53,086 nt of DNA from a virus. Lineage: Duplodnaviria > Caudoviricetes. The position numbers and the translations under genes were made by a program. Under the pieces are notes generated by a model. The model searched no databases, had not been told where the DNA came from, and was given only the letters and a program-made list of their open reading frames with translations. Below, one piece after another: positions 28,344 through 38,700 of the stretch; position 1 is the first letter of the stretch; the number at the start of each line of letters is the position of its first letter. Location: positions 1 through 53,086 of IMG/VR virus record IMGVR_UViG_3300030330_004944. One strand, 5' to 3'.

Positions 28344-28569
28344 AGGGAATTTAATAATTTTAAATTCTTTTGGCTTACTGTTGAGAGACGATGGTAATGA
28401 AGCAAAAATTGGGATAGTCATATCCGGTCCTAGAAACTATATGCATAGTCAAGAGATCTTGGAGTTGTTCTATTGGGTTTATGATGTTATGATAGGAAAC
28501 CAACTAATTACTGATGTTCCTCAAGAATTTATAGACAGGATGGTAAAAGATGAAGAGAATATTAAATGA
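28324..28569 (+). CDS. Small SH3/KOW-like hypothetical protein
   Basis: KYNKGNLI..IGIVI..YDV pattern; start at internal ATG. Confidence 0.5.
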   Translation: MEAKYNKGNLIILNSFGLLLRDDGNEAKIGIVISGPRNYMHSQEILELFYWVYDVMIGNQLITDVPQEFIDRMVKDEENIK

Positions 28570-29515
28570 ATGGAGAAAATTTTTAAAAGAAGCAAAAACT
28601 GGAGGAATACTACAGTCGATATCCAAACAAGATCCAACTCTTAAAATTAATGATCCTAGGGTGACAGCTATATTTGTACTATATGCTCTAAGAGGCAATG
28701 ATTCTGCTGAAGTGGTGAAGCATATTGAGAATAATAGTAAAAAAGTGTTGGAGATTTTCGATCGAAAAAATTTTGGTAGCAATGATCTTTTGAAAATCGC
28801 CACAGTAAGGGAACAAAATTTTTTAGCAGGAAAAACAAAAGATGCTTACGCCCTAATCCCGGAGTTTGATTACGATATGGAAGTGAGAACATACCCAGAT
28901 ATGCTTACCTTGCGACAATATTTGGGTGACTTTATATCAATGGTCAAGAAAGGCCCGGCTTCTTATAACTTTAGAGCTTTAGAGGCAGATATTGGAACAG
29001 GTGGAACCGGTAGAAGTATGGAATACAGAGGATCTGGTGGAGCCACAGACACTGGGATTGTGGTACCGAATGAAGCAAAAGACGAAGAAAAAGCCCCGAT
29101 AGCTGCGAATATAAATAAATATAAAAGCTACTACATGTACAAACCAGAGGACTATATCATATCTTCACAAGATTATGAAGAAAGTTTGAACTACTTGGTA
29201 GCAGCTTACGAAGGATTGTACCATCTGTGGATGGAACACTCACCAGCCGACTCAGAATTTGAGAAAGTTAAAACCGCATTGAGGGCAGCAGTAGATGCTC
29301 GTGAAATAGGAATAGAGATGTCTGACGAAGAAAAAGCCAATCAATTTATGAAAACAGGCAATAAGCTTATGGCTGCTGGAATGAAAGAAGCAGCAATGCA
29401 GTTTCGAAGTGCCAAGGCTCTCTATAAGAAGCTGGGTATGTCTGATAAAGCCAGAGAAGCCCAAAAGTTATTCCAAAAATCTAGGATGTTAGCACAAAAA
29501 GATCGGAGTGTTTAG
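28550..29515 (+). CDS. Hypothetical, putative head-associated late protein
   Basis: N-term MKRILNEWRKFLKE (two L-x-E); ACTAATTA upstream. Confidence 0.55.
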   Translation: MKRILNEWRKFLKEAKTGGILQSISKQDPTLKINDPRVTAIFVLYALRGNDSAEVVKHIENNSKKVLEIFDRKNFGSNDLLKIATVREQNFLAGKTKDAYALIPEFDYDMEVRTYPDMLTLRQYLGDFISMVKKGPASYNFRALEADIGTGGTGRSMEYRGSGGATDTGIVVPNEAKDEEKAPIAANINKYKSYYMYKPEDYIISSQDYEESLNYLVAAYEGLYHLWMEHSPADSEFEKVKTALRAAVDAREIGIEMSDEEKANQFMKTGNKLMAAGMKEAAMQFRSAKALYKKLGMSDKAREAQKLFQKSRMLAQKDRSV

Positions 29516-30354
29516 TGAGTGTAGAACTTAGTTTTGATAAATTAATATTTGGTGGCTCCATAGAGTCTCTTTTGTATTCTTTTGTAACTGGGATTCCTGT
29601 AATTATAAGCACTCCAATAATACCCTTTGAATTGGAAACTATACAATATGATGGTGATTTTAAGTTTTTAGGATATGAGAATGTAAGAGAAATTTATAAA
29701 TCTGAAATGTGGGATAGGCTGTCTTTTATATTATCTATGGCCGGCTTGATTATGATGCCCAACATTATTAAAAACATAAGACAAGAAGATAAAAAACTAA
29801 TATTTGCTACGGAAGGCAATACAAGAACCATTATCAATTACAACAAGATTATATCATTTGATTCTTTTAATGAAGAGATCCTGCATGTATACGACTGGTT
29901 CAATATTAAGTCTGGCTCAAAAATTTCACTAGAAAAAATCTCAGATTCAGATGATTTTGTCCGGGATATATATTTTTATCGTTCAAAGAGAAGCGGGGTG
30001 AATTCGAACCTAAGAGACTTGGTTTCCTACTCCAAGATACAGAAAAATAAAATTTATGATTATGAAAAATCTGAGAGTTTTTGTCGCCTTAAAACAATCG
30101 AGATGATGAAGACCAACAAACTGAGAGGAAAACCCAATGGTTATGATAAAAATGGAAATGCTTTGTTTTATTCAATAAGATTGGAGCATACTCATCGAGA
30201 TATTATAAAAGACTATAAGCCATTATATGATTTTGATCAAATTTTAAAAAAAAGTAAAAACAAAGGAGAGACATGGAGCTTAGCGAGAAAACTTTTACGT
30301 CACAGGCAAATTTCCATCTTACGGGAATCGTCCCGCTTGCAGGTCAAAGTTTAG
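29515..30354 (+). CDS. Hypothetical protein with degenerate Rossmann-like start
   Basis: DKLIFGGSIESLLYS resembles a decayed GxGxxG FAD-binding motif. Confidence 0.4.
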   Translation: MSVELSFDKLIFGGSIESLLYSFVTGIPVIISTPIIPFELETIQYDGDFKFLGYENVREIYKSEMWDRLSFILSMAGLIMMPNIIKNIRQEDKKLIFATEGNTRTIINYNKIISFDSFNEEILHVYDWFNIKSGSKISLEKISDSDDFVRDIYFYRSKRSGVNSNLRDLVSYSKIQKNKIYDYEKSESFCRLKTIEMMKTNKLRGKPNGYDKNGNALFYSIRLEHTHRDIIKDYKPLYDFDQILKKSKNKGETWSLARKLLRHRQISILRESSRLQVKV

Positions 30355-31178
30355 ATTTTAACTTACCATATCCGGATTGCTTGTTGGCTATAGCACCAGA
30401 CTATACCTTGATTCAAGCAGCCATTGTAGAATGTGCTTATGCGGGTTGTGATACAATATGGGTTGTCTGTAACGATGATATCGCACCAGTTGTCAGACAT
30501 ACAGTTGGAGATTATATAGAAGATCCAATGCACTTCTACAACACTAAAACAAGAACTAGCGACACTAGAAGACGCATTCCTATCTTTTGGACCCCAATTC
30601 ATCCAAAAGATAGAGACAAGAGGGATTGTTTATCTTGGAGTGTCATATATGGTGCTCTCATGGCCTTAAAGGTATCCTCTCAGATCTCTAAGTGGGTTAT
30701 ACCAGATAAATATTATGTTAGCTTTCCATATGGAATTATAGATCCAAATTCAATTTGGAGAAGTAGAAAGCATATACGCAGCAATAAGGACTTCTATATT
30801 TCCTCCGGAGGTAAGACTGTACAAGATAATTTGTATACTTCTTTTACATTTGGCAAAGAAGGTTTTGTAAAATATAGGAGAAATATAAGATCTGGTACCG
30901 GACAGTATACACTTCAAGAGGTGGATGAAAGAGGTATACCTCGCTCTAAGTTGCCCTTAGAAGAAAGGTGGTCTGCTAGGTTTTTTGAATTAAAGGACGT
31001 ATTCATCGATCTAGATCTGGACAATTCAAATGTATTGGAACTGGAATACCATAATATAGGATCATGGAGTGAATATATCTCTCTGATGTCTACGGAGTTT
31101 GTAAGCAACATTGCGAGACCACCACTGGATATGTTTTCCTACAAAGAATTTAACCCAGTTGCGAAAGACATAGACTAA
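30273..31178 (+). CDS. Sugar-nucleotidyltransferase-like protein (divergent)
   Basis: GIVPLAG..PDCLLAI..TLIQAAIVECAYAGCDTIWVV resembles the NTP_transferase N-terminus; the GxGTR and K residues are missing. Confidence 0.5.
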   Translation: MELSEKTFTSQANFHLTGIVPLAGQSLDFNLPYPDCLLAIAPDYTLIQAAIVECAYAGCDTIWVVCNDDIAPVVRHTVGDYIEDPMHFYNTKTRTSDTRRRIPIFWTPIHPKDRDKRDCLSWSVIYGALMALKVSSQISKWVIPDKYYVSFPYGIIDPNSIWRSRKHIRSNKDFYISSGGKTVQDNLYTSFTFGKEGFVKYRRNIRSGTGQYTLQEVDERGIPRSKLPLEERWSARFFELKDVFIDLDLDNSNVLELEYHNIGSWSEYISLMSTEFVSNIARPPLDMFSYKEFNPVAKDID

Positions 31179-31185
31179 TTAAGAC

Positions 31186-31803
31186 ATGTCTATAGAAAAA
31201 AAGAAATTTAAAAAACTCCATCGAGAACTTCAATATCAGCAATCTGAGTTGGATTATGTTCTGGAAATCCTCAAAGAAGCTCATGTTGAGTTTGAACAGT
31301 ACCATAGACAATATTGTATGGAAAAAGAAATAGACCTCAAAGGTTTAAATAAAAAACACAAAGAGAAGGTAAAAAAGACTCTTGTGAATCCCAAGAAGCA
31401 AAATCACGATGAAGATGGTATATTAAGCATCAACGATAAGACTGATATGATCGATAACACTGATATCAAGGAGTTTAAAAAGATATATCGTGAGATTGCA
31501 AAACTTCTCCATCCGGACAAAGGTGGTGATGAAATACAATTTAAAAAAGCTTCTGATGCCATGGCAAACAAAGAGTGGGGTGTTTTATTGGAGATATGCG
31601 AAAAGCACAATATAAGCATAACCAACTATAAATCAATTAATAAAATTCTTAAAAAAAAGATTGAAAGCACAAAAGAGAAAATAAAGCAGCAAAAATCTAC
31701 TTATAGTTGGTTACTTTATATGTGTGATGATAAAGAAACATGTAAGCACAATGTTGTCAAGAAATTCTTGAAACATCTATTTCAATACGGAGATTATAAA
31801 TGA
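31186..31803 (+). CDS. J-domain-containing protein
   Basis: FKKIYREIAKLLHPDKGGDEIQFK. Confidence 0.75.
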   Translation: MSIEKKKFKKLHRELQYQQSELDYVLEILKEAHVEFEQYHRQYCMEKEIDLKGLNKKHKEKVKKTLVNPKKQNHDEDGILSINDKTDMIDNTDIKEFKKIYREIAKLLHPDKGGDEIQFKKASDAMANKEWGVLLEICEKHNISITNYKSINKILKKKIESTKEKIKQQKSTYSWLLYMCDDKETCKHNVVKKFLKHLFQYGDYK

Positions 31804-32324
31804 GAATAACAACGGAAGATATTAGAAGAATAATAAAAGAGGAGTTAAGAGCACTTTTATCGGAAAAAGAAGCTATCCTCCCAAAGGAGCTTGATCAAAG
31901 ATGGCAGATCTGGATATATTCTACAAAAGAAGCTATGGAAGACTCCAATATCAAGTCAACAATCAACAGAAAAAACCCACAACCCTATGAAGGAGAAAAA
32001 AACATGTGCCGTAAATTTGAAAGCTCCTCCGATCCGGAGCCAAGACATATTATGATCACACCGGAACTACAAAAAGAGATTGGAAAATTAGCAACTTCAT
32101 CGAAGAAGCCTTTCAAACAGATTGAAGGTCAAAAAGAATTCAGTAAGTATCTCAATGGTATACAGGAAACAGCAATAGCCACAGCCAAATTAGTGTGGAA
32201 ACGAATAAAAGACTATTATGAAGATCCTAAGCAGCATATGTATGTAAATTATAGTTGTACAGATAATTTTGGAAAAATGATGACATATATAGAAGCCGAC
32301 AAGGGTTTTCTACCAGCAAAATGA
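31800..32324 (+). CDS. Hypothetical, putative head-associated protein
   Basis: N-term MRITTEDIRRIIKEELRALLSE. Confidence 0.5.
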   Translation: MRITTEDIRRIIKEELRALLSEKEAILPKELDQRWQIWIYSTKEAMEDSNIKSTINRKNPQPYEGEKNMCRKFESSSDPEPRHIMITPELQKEIGKLATSSKKPFKQIEGQKEFSKYLNGIQETAIATAKLVWKRIKDYYEDPKQHMYVNYSCTDNFGKMMTYIEADKGFLPAK

Positions 32325-32572
32325 ATAAGCCAAAATTTAAAGTTGGTGACTTGGTATATTATAGACCAACATATTGTAATGCCTATGCCAATGGAACTAG
32401 GAACCTAGGAGTTGTAATTGAGGTCAAGCGAGAGGGTTTGCCACTTTTTTTAAATTTTCCGGAAAATGAGATTTTTGAATTTGAATATGTAATTAAATGG
32501 ATAAACATTGGATACACTTCAAGCCTTATGGGATTTAATCTAGAAAAACTAGAAGCACCAAAAGATACTTGA
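32321..32572 (+). CDS. Small SH3/KOW-like protein
   Basis: KFKVGDLVYY..LGVVIEV..YVIKW. Confidence 0.6.
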   Translation: MNKPKFKVGDLVYYRPTYCNAYANGTRNLGVVIEVKREGLPLFLNFPENEIFEFEYVIKWINIGYTSSLMGFNLEKLEAPKDT

Positions 32573-32596
32573 CAATATAAAAAAATAGGTTATATT
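32569..32596 (+). promoter_or_regulatory. sigma70-like promoter of the deaminase
   Basis: TTGACA-16-TATATT. Confidence 0.75.
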
Positions 32597-32625
32597 ATTA
32601 AAAGCAACAAAAAAACAGGAGAACA

Positions 32626-33585
32626 ATGCAAGATATATTATTAAATTTAGAAAACCAGATAATGAAAAAAGGTGGCTTTGTTAATGCCCATGCTCACTTA
32701 GATAGAGCGAATACTGTTGGATATTTTTCCAAAGAAGAACAATACAAGTTTTTAAAAGAAAAATGGAAACTGGTTGATAGAATAAAAAAGCAAACTCATT
32801 ATTGGGGCTATAAAGTTAGGATCGATGACGCATTAAGTAGTCAAATTAACCTAGGAACCACAGCGGTTTGTTCTTTTATAGATATTGATGATATCGTGTC
32901 AAAAAAAGCAATATTAGCAGCCAGAGAGATACAGTTAGAGAGAACCGATATTTCTTTTTTAACAGCGTGTCAGACTCTAAAGGGCGTTCTGGACCCAACT
33001 CAAGAATTGCTTATTCGCAATTCACTGATTCATGTTAATATAATAGGCTCTCTACCGGGAGCAGACAAAGGCAGAGAGGCGGATCATTTAGATAAAGTCA
33101 TGAAATGGTCAAAAAAGTATAAAAAAAGATTACATGTACATGTCGATCAGTTAAACAGCCCTGCTGAAAAAGAAACGGAACTTCTAGCTAGAAAAACTAT
33201 GGAGCATGGCATAGAGGGAAAGGTAACAGCTATTCACAGCATCTCTCTAGCATCCCATCCAAAAAGCTATAGAGAAGAGGTATATAAAATGTCCAAAGAT
33301 GCTGGACTATCTTTCATCAGTTGCCCCAGTGCTTGGATTGACCACCCTCGAAGAGAGGATCTTGTTCCATCACACAATGCCATTACACCGGTTGATGAAC
33401 TCTTGGAACATGATTTGGTCGTTGCTATTGGCAGTGATAATATACATGATATATATAAGCCATTCGCTAATGGCGATATGATGTTTGAACTTCGGTTGCT
33501 TCTGGAGGCTTGTAAAATATATGATGAGGAAGCATTGGTAAAAATAGCGACTGAAAATGGTAAAAGAGTTTTGGGTATCCTATGA
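32626..33585 (+). CDS. Amidohydrolase, cytosine deaminase (CodA)-like
   Basis: NAHAHLD, HVHVD, VTAIH, GSDN metal ligands. Confidence 0.8.
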   Translation: MQDILLNLENQIMKKGGFVNAHAHLDRANTVGYFSKEEQYKFLKEKWKLVDRIKKQTHYWGYKVRIDDALSSQINLGTTAVCSFIDIDDIVSKKAILAAREIQLERTDISFLTACQTLKGVLDPTQELLIRNSLIHVNIIGSLPGADKGREADHLDKVMKWSKKYKKRLHVHVDQLNSPAEKETELLARKTMEHGIEGKVTAIHSISLASHPKSYREEVYKMSKDAGLSFISCPSAWIDHPRREDLVPSHNAITPVDELLEHDLVVAIGSDNIHDIYKPFANGDMMFELRLLLEACKIYDEEALVKIATENGKRVLGIL

Positions 33586-33752
33586 AAGAAGCAATTGGGT
33601 ATCTAACTAGACCTGTAGCTGCTTGGCTAAAGAAGGCGGGATTTACCTATGTCGGGGTTCCAAATGAGTTTTTAGAGAAACTTGGATTAAAACCCGGCGA
33701 TGCAGCAAAAATCAAATTTGATGGAGAAAAAATTATAATAGAAAAAGCTTGA
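33582..33752 (+). CDS. AbrB/MazE/SpoVT-like DNA-binding protein (56 aa, not in ORF track)
   Basis: YVGVPNEFLEKLGLKPGDAAKIKFDGEKIIIEK; ATGA overlap with the deaminase stop. Confidence 0.7.
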   Translation: MKEAIGYLTRPVAAWLKKAGFTYVGVPNEFLEKLGLKPGDAAKIKFDGEKIIIEKA

Positions 33753-33776
33753 CATTTTTCCTCCACATGTTATAAT
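33749..33776 (+). promoter_or_regulatory. sigma70-like promoter of the R-M pair
   Basis: TTGACA-16-TATAAT, TG. Confidence 0.8.
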
Positions 33777-33803
33777 ATATATGTACAACAAGAGGAGGAA
33801 AAA

Positions 33804-34403
33804 ATGTACAGACTCTTAAATGATATTAGAAAATCTACCCATTGCTCAAATGCTGGTAAGAAGCATGAAAAAAGCATTGAAAGTAAATTAAAAAAATATG
33901 GTTATAAAAAAACAACTATAAAAACATTGGGCTTTGAAAAGCAAAACATTCGTGATACAAAGTATGATAAATCTAAGAAAAAGATGTGGTACGTCGCACA
34001 ACCTTGTGGTTCTCAAAGTTTTCCGGATTTTATTGTTGGAGATAAGTTTGGAAATGTTTTCTATGTGGAATGTAAGTCATGTAAAGGCGATCATATTACA
34101 TGGAATAGTGGTATGCCGAAATCTAAAGCAATTTATGTATTTTCAAGTGGAATACATAATGCTCAAACTATTGCTATGGGAAGTGATTTGTGGACAAAAG
34201 AAGAATTAGAATTACAACAAAAAGTTAGAAAATTGATTGATGAAACCTATAAGCCTCATAAAAATAAAGATCATGGAGTTCATTACTATGGAAGACATAT
34301 GCATCAAGACTACAGGCCCATTTATGGTGATAAGAATCGAACAAAAAGAGAAAGTCGTGTTTATCGATTTGTGGAGGCTATTCGAAAATGTCAAAACTCC
34401 TAA
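33804..34403 (+). CDS. PD-(D/E)xK nuclease, putative type II restriction endonuclease
   Basis: HE..IE, QPCGSQSFPDFIV..YVECKS; overlaps the downstream MTase. Confidence 0.65.
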   Translation: MYRLLNDIRKSTHCSNAGKKHEKSIESKLKKYGYKKTTIKTLGFEKQNIRDTKYDKSKKKMWYVAQPCGSQSFPDFIVGDKFGNVFYVECKSCKGDHITWNSGMPKSKAIYVFSSGIHNAQTIAMGSDLWTKEELELQQKVRKLIDETYKPHKNKDHGVHYYGRHMHQDYRPIYGDKNRTKRESRVYRFVEAIRKCQNS

Positions 34404-35680
34404 AACATACGGAAGATTTTTTACAACAGGCAAATATAAAAGATAGAAAAAGCAAAGGGCAATATTTTACCAATAAAACATTGAAAGATAAAAGCTTGAA
34501 AAACATTTCTTTTGAAGATGATATGGATATTCTAGAAAATTCTTGTGGAACAGGTGAATTCATATATTCGATTTTAGAGATCAACGAAAACGTCAACATC
34601 GATGCTTTTGATATTGATGCTTCTTTGGTTGCGATCATAAAAGATAAGTACCCAAATGTAAATGTTGTATGTGCTGATTGGTTGTTGTCCGGCAATTATA
34701 AAAAATATGATAAGATAATTGGGAACCCTCCTTACTTTGAAATTTCAAAAGCGGAATGCAAAACAAGAGGTTATAAAGAATTTCTTAAATACTGTAAGAG
34801 TAAGCCAAATATCTATTCATTTTTTATTGCCAAATCAATTGATTGTCTCAAGGAGGGTGGAGAGCTTATATACGTAGTGCCTACTTCTATGAATAATGGT
34901 TATGGGTTTTCTCCCTTGAGAGATCATATAATAAAAAATTGCAATATAGAAAACATTATACTACACAGTGACGATGATTTTGAAGATGCCAAGCAGAACA
35001 CTATGACATTACATTTAAAAAAACTTCGTAATGAAGAAGTCAACAACGGTAAATTTGTATATAAAAATAAATCAATAACCATATTTTCTAAAGATGTTCA
35101 AGCTATTGATAAATTATTTAAAGATAAACATTCTCTTTCAGAGCTAGGCTTTGAGGTATATACGGGAAACTATGTTTGGAATCAAAACAAGCAATATATG
35201 TCAACAAACAATACTGATACTTTGTTGCTGTGGGCGTGTAATATAATTGACAACTCTTTACATCTGAACCCTACGCTATCCAGTGGTTTACCAAAGCTTG
35301 GGCTGTCTGCCAGCCCTACACCAGTGGGGCATAAAAAGAAAGCTAGAGAGGAAAAATCTCAATGGGTTTCCGGCCACTCAGAGGAAAGAAAGCCACTGAG
35401 TGGTAAAAGTATAATTGTCAATAGGGTCACTGGATGTGGAAAAAAAGCTGGGATCCGGGCTGCTATTGTTGATGTTGGTCGTTCTTATTACACTGAGAAT
35501 CATTTAAATTACATAATAGAAACAGACAGAAGTTTGATTGATCTAGAGGAGCTTCATGATAAATTAATTTCTGTAGAGACAACGGAAATTCTAGAATATA
35601 TTTCTGGAAATACACAATTGTCTAAAAAAGAATTATTAAATTTAATACCAATTCCACTTGACAAACCAGAAGAATCATGA
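34388..35680 (+). CDS. N6-adenine DNA methyltransferase (gamma class, TaqI/Eco57I-like)
   Basis: GQYFT, motif I ENSCGTGEF, motif IV IIGNPPY. Confidence 0.9.
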   Translation: MSKLLKHTEDFLQQANIKDRKSKGQYFTNKTLKDKSLKNISFEDDMDILENSCGTGEFIYSILEINENVNIDAFDIDASLVAIIKDKYPNVNVVCADWLLSGNYKKYDKIIGNPPYFEISKAECKTRGYKEFLKYCKSKPNIYSFFIAKSIDCLKEGGELIYVVPTSMNNGYGFSPLRDHIIKNCNIENIILHSDDDFEDAKQNTMTLHLKKLRNEEVNNGKFVYKNKSITIFSKDVQAIDKLFKDKHSLSELGFEVYTGNYVWNQNKQYMSTNNTDTLLLWACNIIDNSLHLNPTLSSGLPKLGLSASPTPVGHKKKAREEKSQWVSGHSEERKPLSGKSIIVNRVTGCGKKAGIRAAIVDVGRSYYTENHLNYIIETDRSLIDLEELHDKLISVETTEILEYISGNTQLSKKELLNLIPIPLDKPEES

Positions 35681-35686
35681 TACAAT
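35658..35686 (+). promoter_or_regulatory. sigma70-like promoter of dnaE
   Basis: TTGACA-17-TACAAT, TG. Confidence 0.75.
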
Positions 35687-35706
35687 AATAACATAACGGA
35701 GGAACA

Positions 35707-38700
35707 ATGAAACAAAACATTAAATTTGTAGGGCTTCATGCCCATTCGGGTGTTGGCTCACCCTTTGATGGATTTGGTTATCCACAAGAACATATGGACT
35801 TTTGCTTTGAAAACGGAGGCAAAGCATTAGCTCTCACGGATCATGGCAACATGAACGGATTTGCTTATCAAGTTTTACACGCCAATAAAATGATGAAACA
35901 AGGTAAAGATTTTAAGCCTATTTTTGGCGTAGAAGCTTACTTTGTCCCATGTGTCAAGGAGTGGCGGAAAGAATATGAGGAAGCAAAGCTAGATAAGAAA
36001 AAAGCAAAGCTTCTTAAAGACGAACAATCTGGTACCAATGTCGAAGAGGAAGGAGCTTCTAAGTCTAAAGGTAATAAAGTGTCTAGGGTAAGACATTTAG
36101 TTTTGTTGGCAATGAACCAAACCGGTTTGAACAATATATTTAAATTAGTGTCGGAGAGTTACAGTGGAGAGTACTTTTTTAGAAAGCCTCGTATTGACTA
36201 TAATCTTCTTGCTGACCATTCTGATGGTGTTATTGCTCTCTCTGCTTGTTTGGGTGGTGTTTACGCTGGCTGCTATTGGGAAAATCATGAAGATGGTCGC
36301 GAAGCAGTTTTGGAATGTATGCGAGATACAACGAAAAAGATGGTTGATATTTTTGGTAATCGTTGGTATGGTGAGCTTCAGTGGAACTCTGTGGCTGAAC
36401 AGCATGAATTAAACCAATATGTTATAGAAATGCACAAAGAGTTTGGCATACCTTTAGTATCAACTGCTGACTCCCATTATCCAACACCCACTGCTTGGAA
36501 GGATCGTGAGTTGTACAAGCGTCTAGGTTACCTTGGAAGAGGGAAACCAGAATGGCTTGACATGACTATCCCCGGAGCTTTGGAAGATTTAGAATATGAA
36601 TTGTATCCAAAGAATGGAGAACAAATGTGGCAAGATTATAAAAAATACTCAGAAGGGTATGATTATGACGATAACTTGGTTCTTAGAAGTATAGAAGAAA
36701 CACATACGATAGCAATGAATAGAGTGGAAAACTTTGTTCCGGACACAACAGTTCGTCTTCCTAGCTTCGTCGTTCCTGCTGGTCGCCATGAGGATGATTA
36801 TTTACGTGACCTCTCTTTGGGTGGTTTGAGATTAATGCGAAAACTCAAGCCAGAGTATAGTTCTAGATTAAATCATGAACTGAAGGTTATTGCGGACCGA
36901 GGTTTCTCCAAGTACTTTTTGACTATGAAAGCAATCTCCGACAAAACTAATGAGGTCCAACTAGCTGGTCCGGGCCGTGGTTCTGCCGCCGGTTCTCTTG
37001 TAGCCTATGCACTTGGGATCACACAGGTTGATCCTATTCAATATGGTCTTTTATTCTCTCGCTTCTTGCGCTCTGATGCAACAGACTATCCGGATATTGA
37101 TTACGATGTATCCGATCCAATGGTCCTCAAGGATATGTTGATTGAGGAGTGGGGTGATGACGTTGTAGTTCCGATTTCCAATTGGAATACTCTGCAGCTT
37201 CGTTCTCTTTTAAAAGATATATCTAAGTTTTACGAAATTCCTTTTAATGAAGTGAACGCTGTTACAAATGTAATGCTCAAAGAAGCCACTCCTTTAGCAA
37301 AACAGAAGCATGGAATTAAAGCTGGTGTATATACCCCTACCTTCGAGGAGACGATTGAATTTTCTGATACATTAAAGAATTTTTTAAACAAGTATCCACA
37401 TGTATCGGAACATGTTATGGCTCTATATGGTTCTTACCGGTCTTGCTCACGTCATGCTGGTGGTGTTGTAGTTGGAGAGGACTTGGATAAATATATGCCA
37501 TTGATTTCTTCAAAAGGTGTCCGCCAGACTCCATGGTCCGAAGGGCAGAACGTTCGTCAACTTGAGCCCCTTGGTTTTATTAAATTTGACATCTTGGGGT
37601 TATCAACATTGAGAATGATTGAGGGCTGCATTGAACGCATTCTTAAAAAGCAAGGTGTCGAGAATCCAACCTTCAAAAATATTAAACAATTCTACAAAGA
37701 TAACCTTCATCCGGACAATATTGATCTAAATGACAAGAGTGTTTATGAAAATATATTTCATGAAGGTAAGTGGGCTGGTATCTTTCAATTCACAGAAAAG
37801 GGTGCCCAGAAGTTTGCCAAGAAAGCCCAACCAAAAAGCATCATCGATATAGCAGCTATAACTTCTATATATAGACCCGGTCCGCTTTCTGCAGGGGTTG
37901 ATAAGCAATATGTTTCTGCTATCAATGATACTTTGAGTATAAAATATCTACATCCATTGGTGGAAGAGGTTACAAAAGAGACTTATGGTTTTCTGATTTT
38001 TCAAGAACAAATAGCCTTACTAGCATACAAGCTTGGAGAAGGGATTACAATGGATGAAGCCAATCTACTTAGAAAGGTGTTGACCAAAAAAGGAACAGGT
38101 AAAGGTAATGAAGTCAAAGAAGAAATCAAGAAAAAATTCATCAAAGGATGCGAAAACAAAGATATACCAAGTGAATCCGCCGAGCGACTTTGGGCTACTT
38201 TTGAATACTTCTCTGGCTATGGCTTCAATAAGTCTCATGCTGTTTCTTATTCCATCATATCTTTTCAATGCGCTTGGCTTTATAACTATTATCCTACTGA
38301 ATGGATGTGCTCTTTTTTGGATCGTGAACCCGATACACGTAAAGAGAAAGCAATCAACATTGCTAGGTCTCACGGTTTTTCTATCGGCAATATTGATATT
38401 AATGTTTCTGGTGAGAATTGGGAAGCAGTTTCTGATGTAAGCTTGGTGGCTCCCTTGACAACAATAAAAGGTCTTGGAGAAAAAGCAATTGAGGAAATAG
38501 TTCTACACCGACCATTTAATACAATTGACGAGCTTTTGTTTCATCCGGATATAATTTATAGAAAATTAAATAAAAGATCGCTAACAGCACTAGCTTTGGG
38601 ATCAGCACTAGATTCTTTGGTAGATGAGAGATTTTCTGGAGATAAACATTTCTTCAAAGCATGTTGTGAAGATAGACCAAAGAACCCTAAGAAATTCAAA

